From Gemmatimonadota bacterium (GTDB taxonomy: Bacteria > Gemmatimonadota > Gemmatimonadetes > Palauibacterales > KS3-K002), in assembly GCA_041617795.1 (NCBI GenBank), contig JBFJOD010000003.1:1-59729 (forward strand): DNA of 59,729 nucleotides. The letters are read 5' to 3'. Both the position numbers and the translations under genes were made by a program. The notes below the pieces were generated by a model, which saw only the letters and a list, made by a program, of their open reading frames with translations, had not been told where the DNA came from and ran no database searches. Below are positions 58,660-59,729 of the stretch, piece after piece; positions within the stretch are counted from its first letter, which is position 1; each line of letters begins with the position of its first letter.

Positions 58660-59661
58660 ATGAAAGTGGCGAGTCTCCAATCCAAATGGTCAGCGTATCC
58701 GACCCTATTCGCATTCCTGGTACTCCTCGCCGGCTGCGGGGATGACGAACCCAGCGGGCCGGGCAACTTCCCCGATATCCGCGGAACCTGGATCGGCCAG
58801 TACAGTGTAACCAGCTGTACCCTCTCGGGTGGCGCGGATCCGTTTTTCTGCGTGGACGTCTTCCCGAGCGGCGCGTCGCGAGTCATCGAGCTGGATCTGG
58901 GTCAAAGCAGCTCATCGTTGTCCGGCGTCGCGTTTCAGGGCACGATATCGGGCCGCATCGCGGGTACGGTCGATGAATTCGGTTTGGTCTCCATCTCCGG
59001 TACGCTCGGAACTGGTGATATATTCGAAGTGACGATCACCGGCTGGACGACACAGCTAGTGGGCGATTCGTTGATCGGGAGTTGGAGTTTCCGCGTCGAG
59101 GATAACACCGGCTCCGGATTCGCCACGGCCCAGATCAGCGCTAATATCGTGATCGTCGGGCCCAGTGTTCTCACGTACTTCAATTGCCCCGTCGAAGACT
59201 TCCTGGCGGCGGACGATGAGATCAACGGGACACTGACGGCCGGCGACTGCTGGCTCGATGATGAGAGCTTCTTCGATACCTTCGCGCTGGATGTGGTTCA
59301 GGGCGATCGGATCTCCATCGAGGTGAGCTCGGACGCCTACGATCCGTTCCTACTCATAACCGACGTGGATGAGAACCCGCTCGCCTCGGACGGTGAACTC
59401 GGGCGGGACACGGTGGGTGTGACGGGCGAAGCGGGTCAGCAAGAGACATGGCTGATCATCGCATCGTCGTGGTTTCCATACCAGTCCGGTGATTATCTGC
59501 TGACGACGACCCGAGTGAATGGAACCGGCGCAGTTACGCGCTTCACATCGGCTAGCCGCGTCGCTGGCCCTGGCAAACTGACAACAGAGCGGGTTTCATC
59601 CAGCCGGGAGACGCTGAAGCGGAGGCTAACGCAAGCCCGCCCGCTGGTGCTGCGCCGCTAA
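58660..59661 (+). CDS. Lipoprotein with beta-rich domain and PPC-like domain
   Basis: Lipobox LAGC; GTLTAGDC..FDTF..QGDRISIEVSSDAYDPFLLI..GDYLL. Confidence 0.75.
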   Translation: MKVASLQSKWSAYPTLFAFLVLLAGCGDDEPSGPGNFPDIRGTWIGQYSVTSCTLSGGADPFFCVDVFPSGASRVIELDLGQSSSSLSGVAFQGTISGRIAGTVDEFGLVSISGTLGTGDIFEVTITGWTTQLVGDSLIGSWSFRVEDNTGSGFATAQISANIVIVGPSVLTYFNCPVEDFLAADDEINGTLTAGDCWLDDESFFDTFALDVVQGDRISIEVSSDAYDPFLLITDVDENPLASDGELGRDTVGVTGEAGQQETWLIIASSWFPYQSGDYLLTTTRVNGTGAVTRFTSASRVAGPGKLTTERVSSSRETLKRRLTQARPLVLRR

Positions 59662-59729
59662 TCGGAGATGATGTAAGCCACCAGCGAGGCCTCGATCGCC
59701 CAATCGATTGTGTAATTCATCAAAGACGC

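Overview
High-GC bacterial chromosomal segment, probably Gemmatimonadota; this is inferred from the gene repertoire, not from a marker gene. I see no rRNA, tRNA, CRISPR array, transposase or prophage gene. Contents in order: (1) 1-12.3 kb is a carbohydrate locus with two Opp/Dpp-type ABC ATPases, a GH1 beta-glucosidase, a ~1057-aa exported protein that fuses a clan GH-A TIM barrel to a probable outer-membrane beta-barrel, a ROK-type palindromic operator over a sigma70 promoter, and a coupled DUF5107-TPR / DUF6067-like pair. (2) A small low-GC, apparently leaderless membrane ORF. (3) A Bacillus-style fadR / fadN-fadA-fadE beta-oxidation divergon with two recognisable FadR boxes. (4) A mixed region: output-less HAMP-PAS sensor, Ca/Na antiporter, Zn-ADH, OmpA with five TSP3-like repeats, ThiO-like oxidase, dodecin, and two paralogous membrane TolB-like/TPR proteins. 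(5) pntAA-pntAB-pntB and an FeS-type photolyase. (6) A TetR-TolC-MFP-RND efflux operon with its operator. (7) A minor-pilin cluster plus PilC with a sigma54-like upstream region. (8) YIP1, a long Lhr helicase, a chalcone-isomerase-like protein and a lipoprotein. The best candidate for an undescribed system is the hydrolase-barrel fusion in its glucan-uptake locus. A possible structured RNA at ~33.27-33.43 kb is also worth testing. All family calls come from motif recognition by eye; no searches were run.
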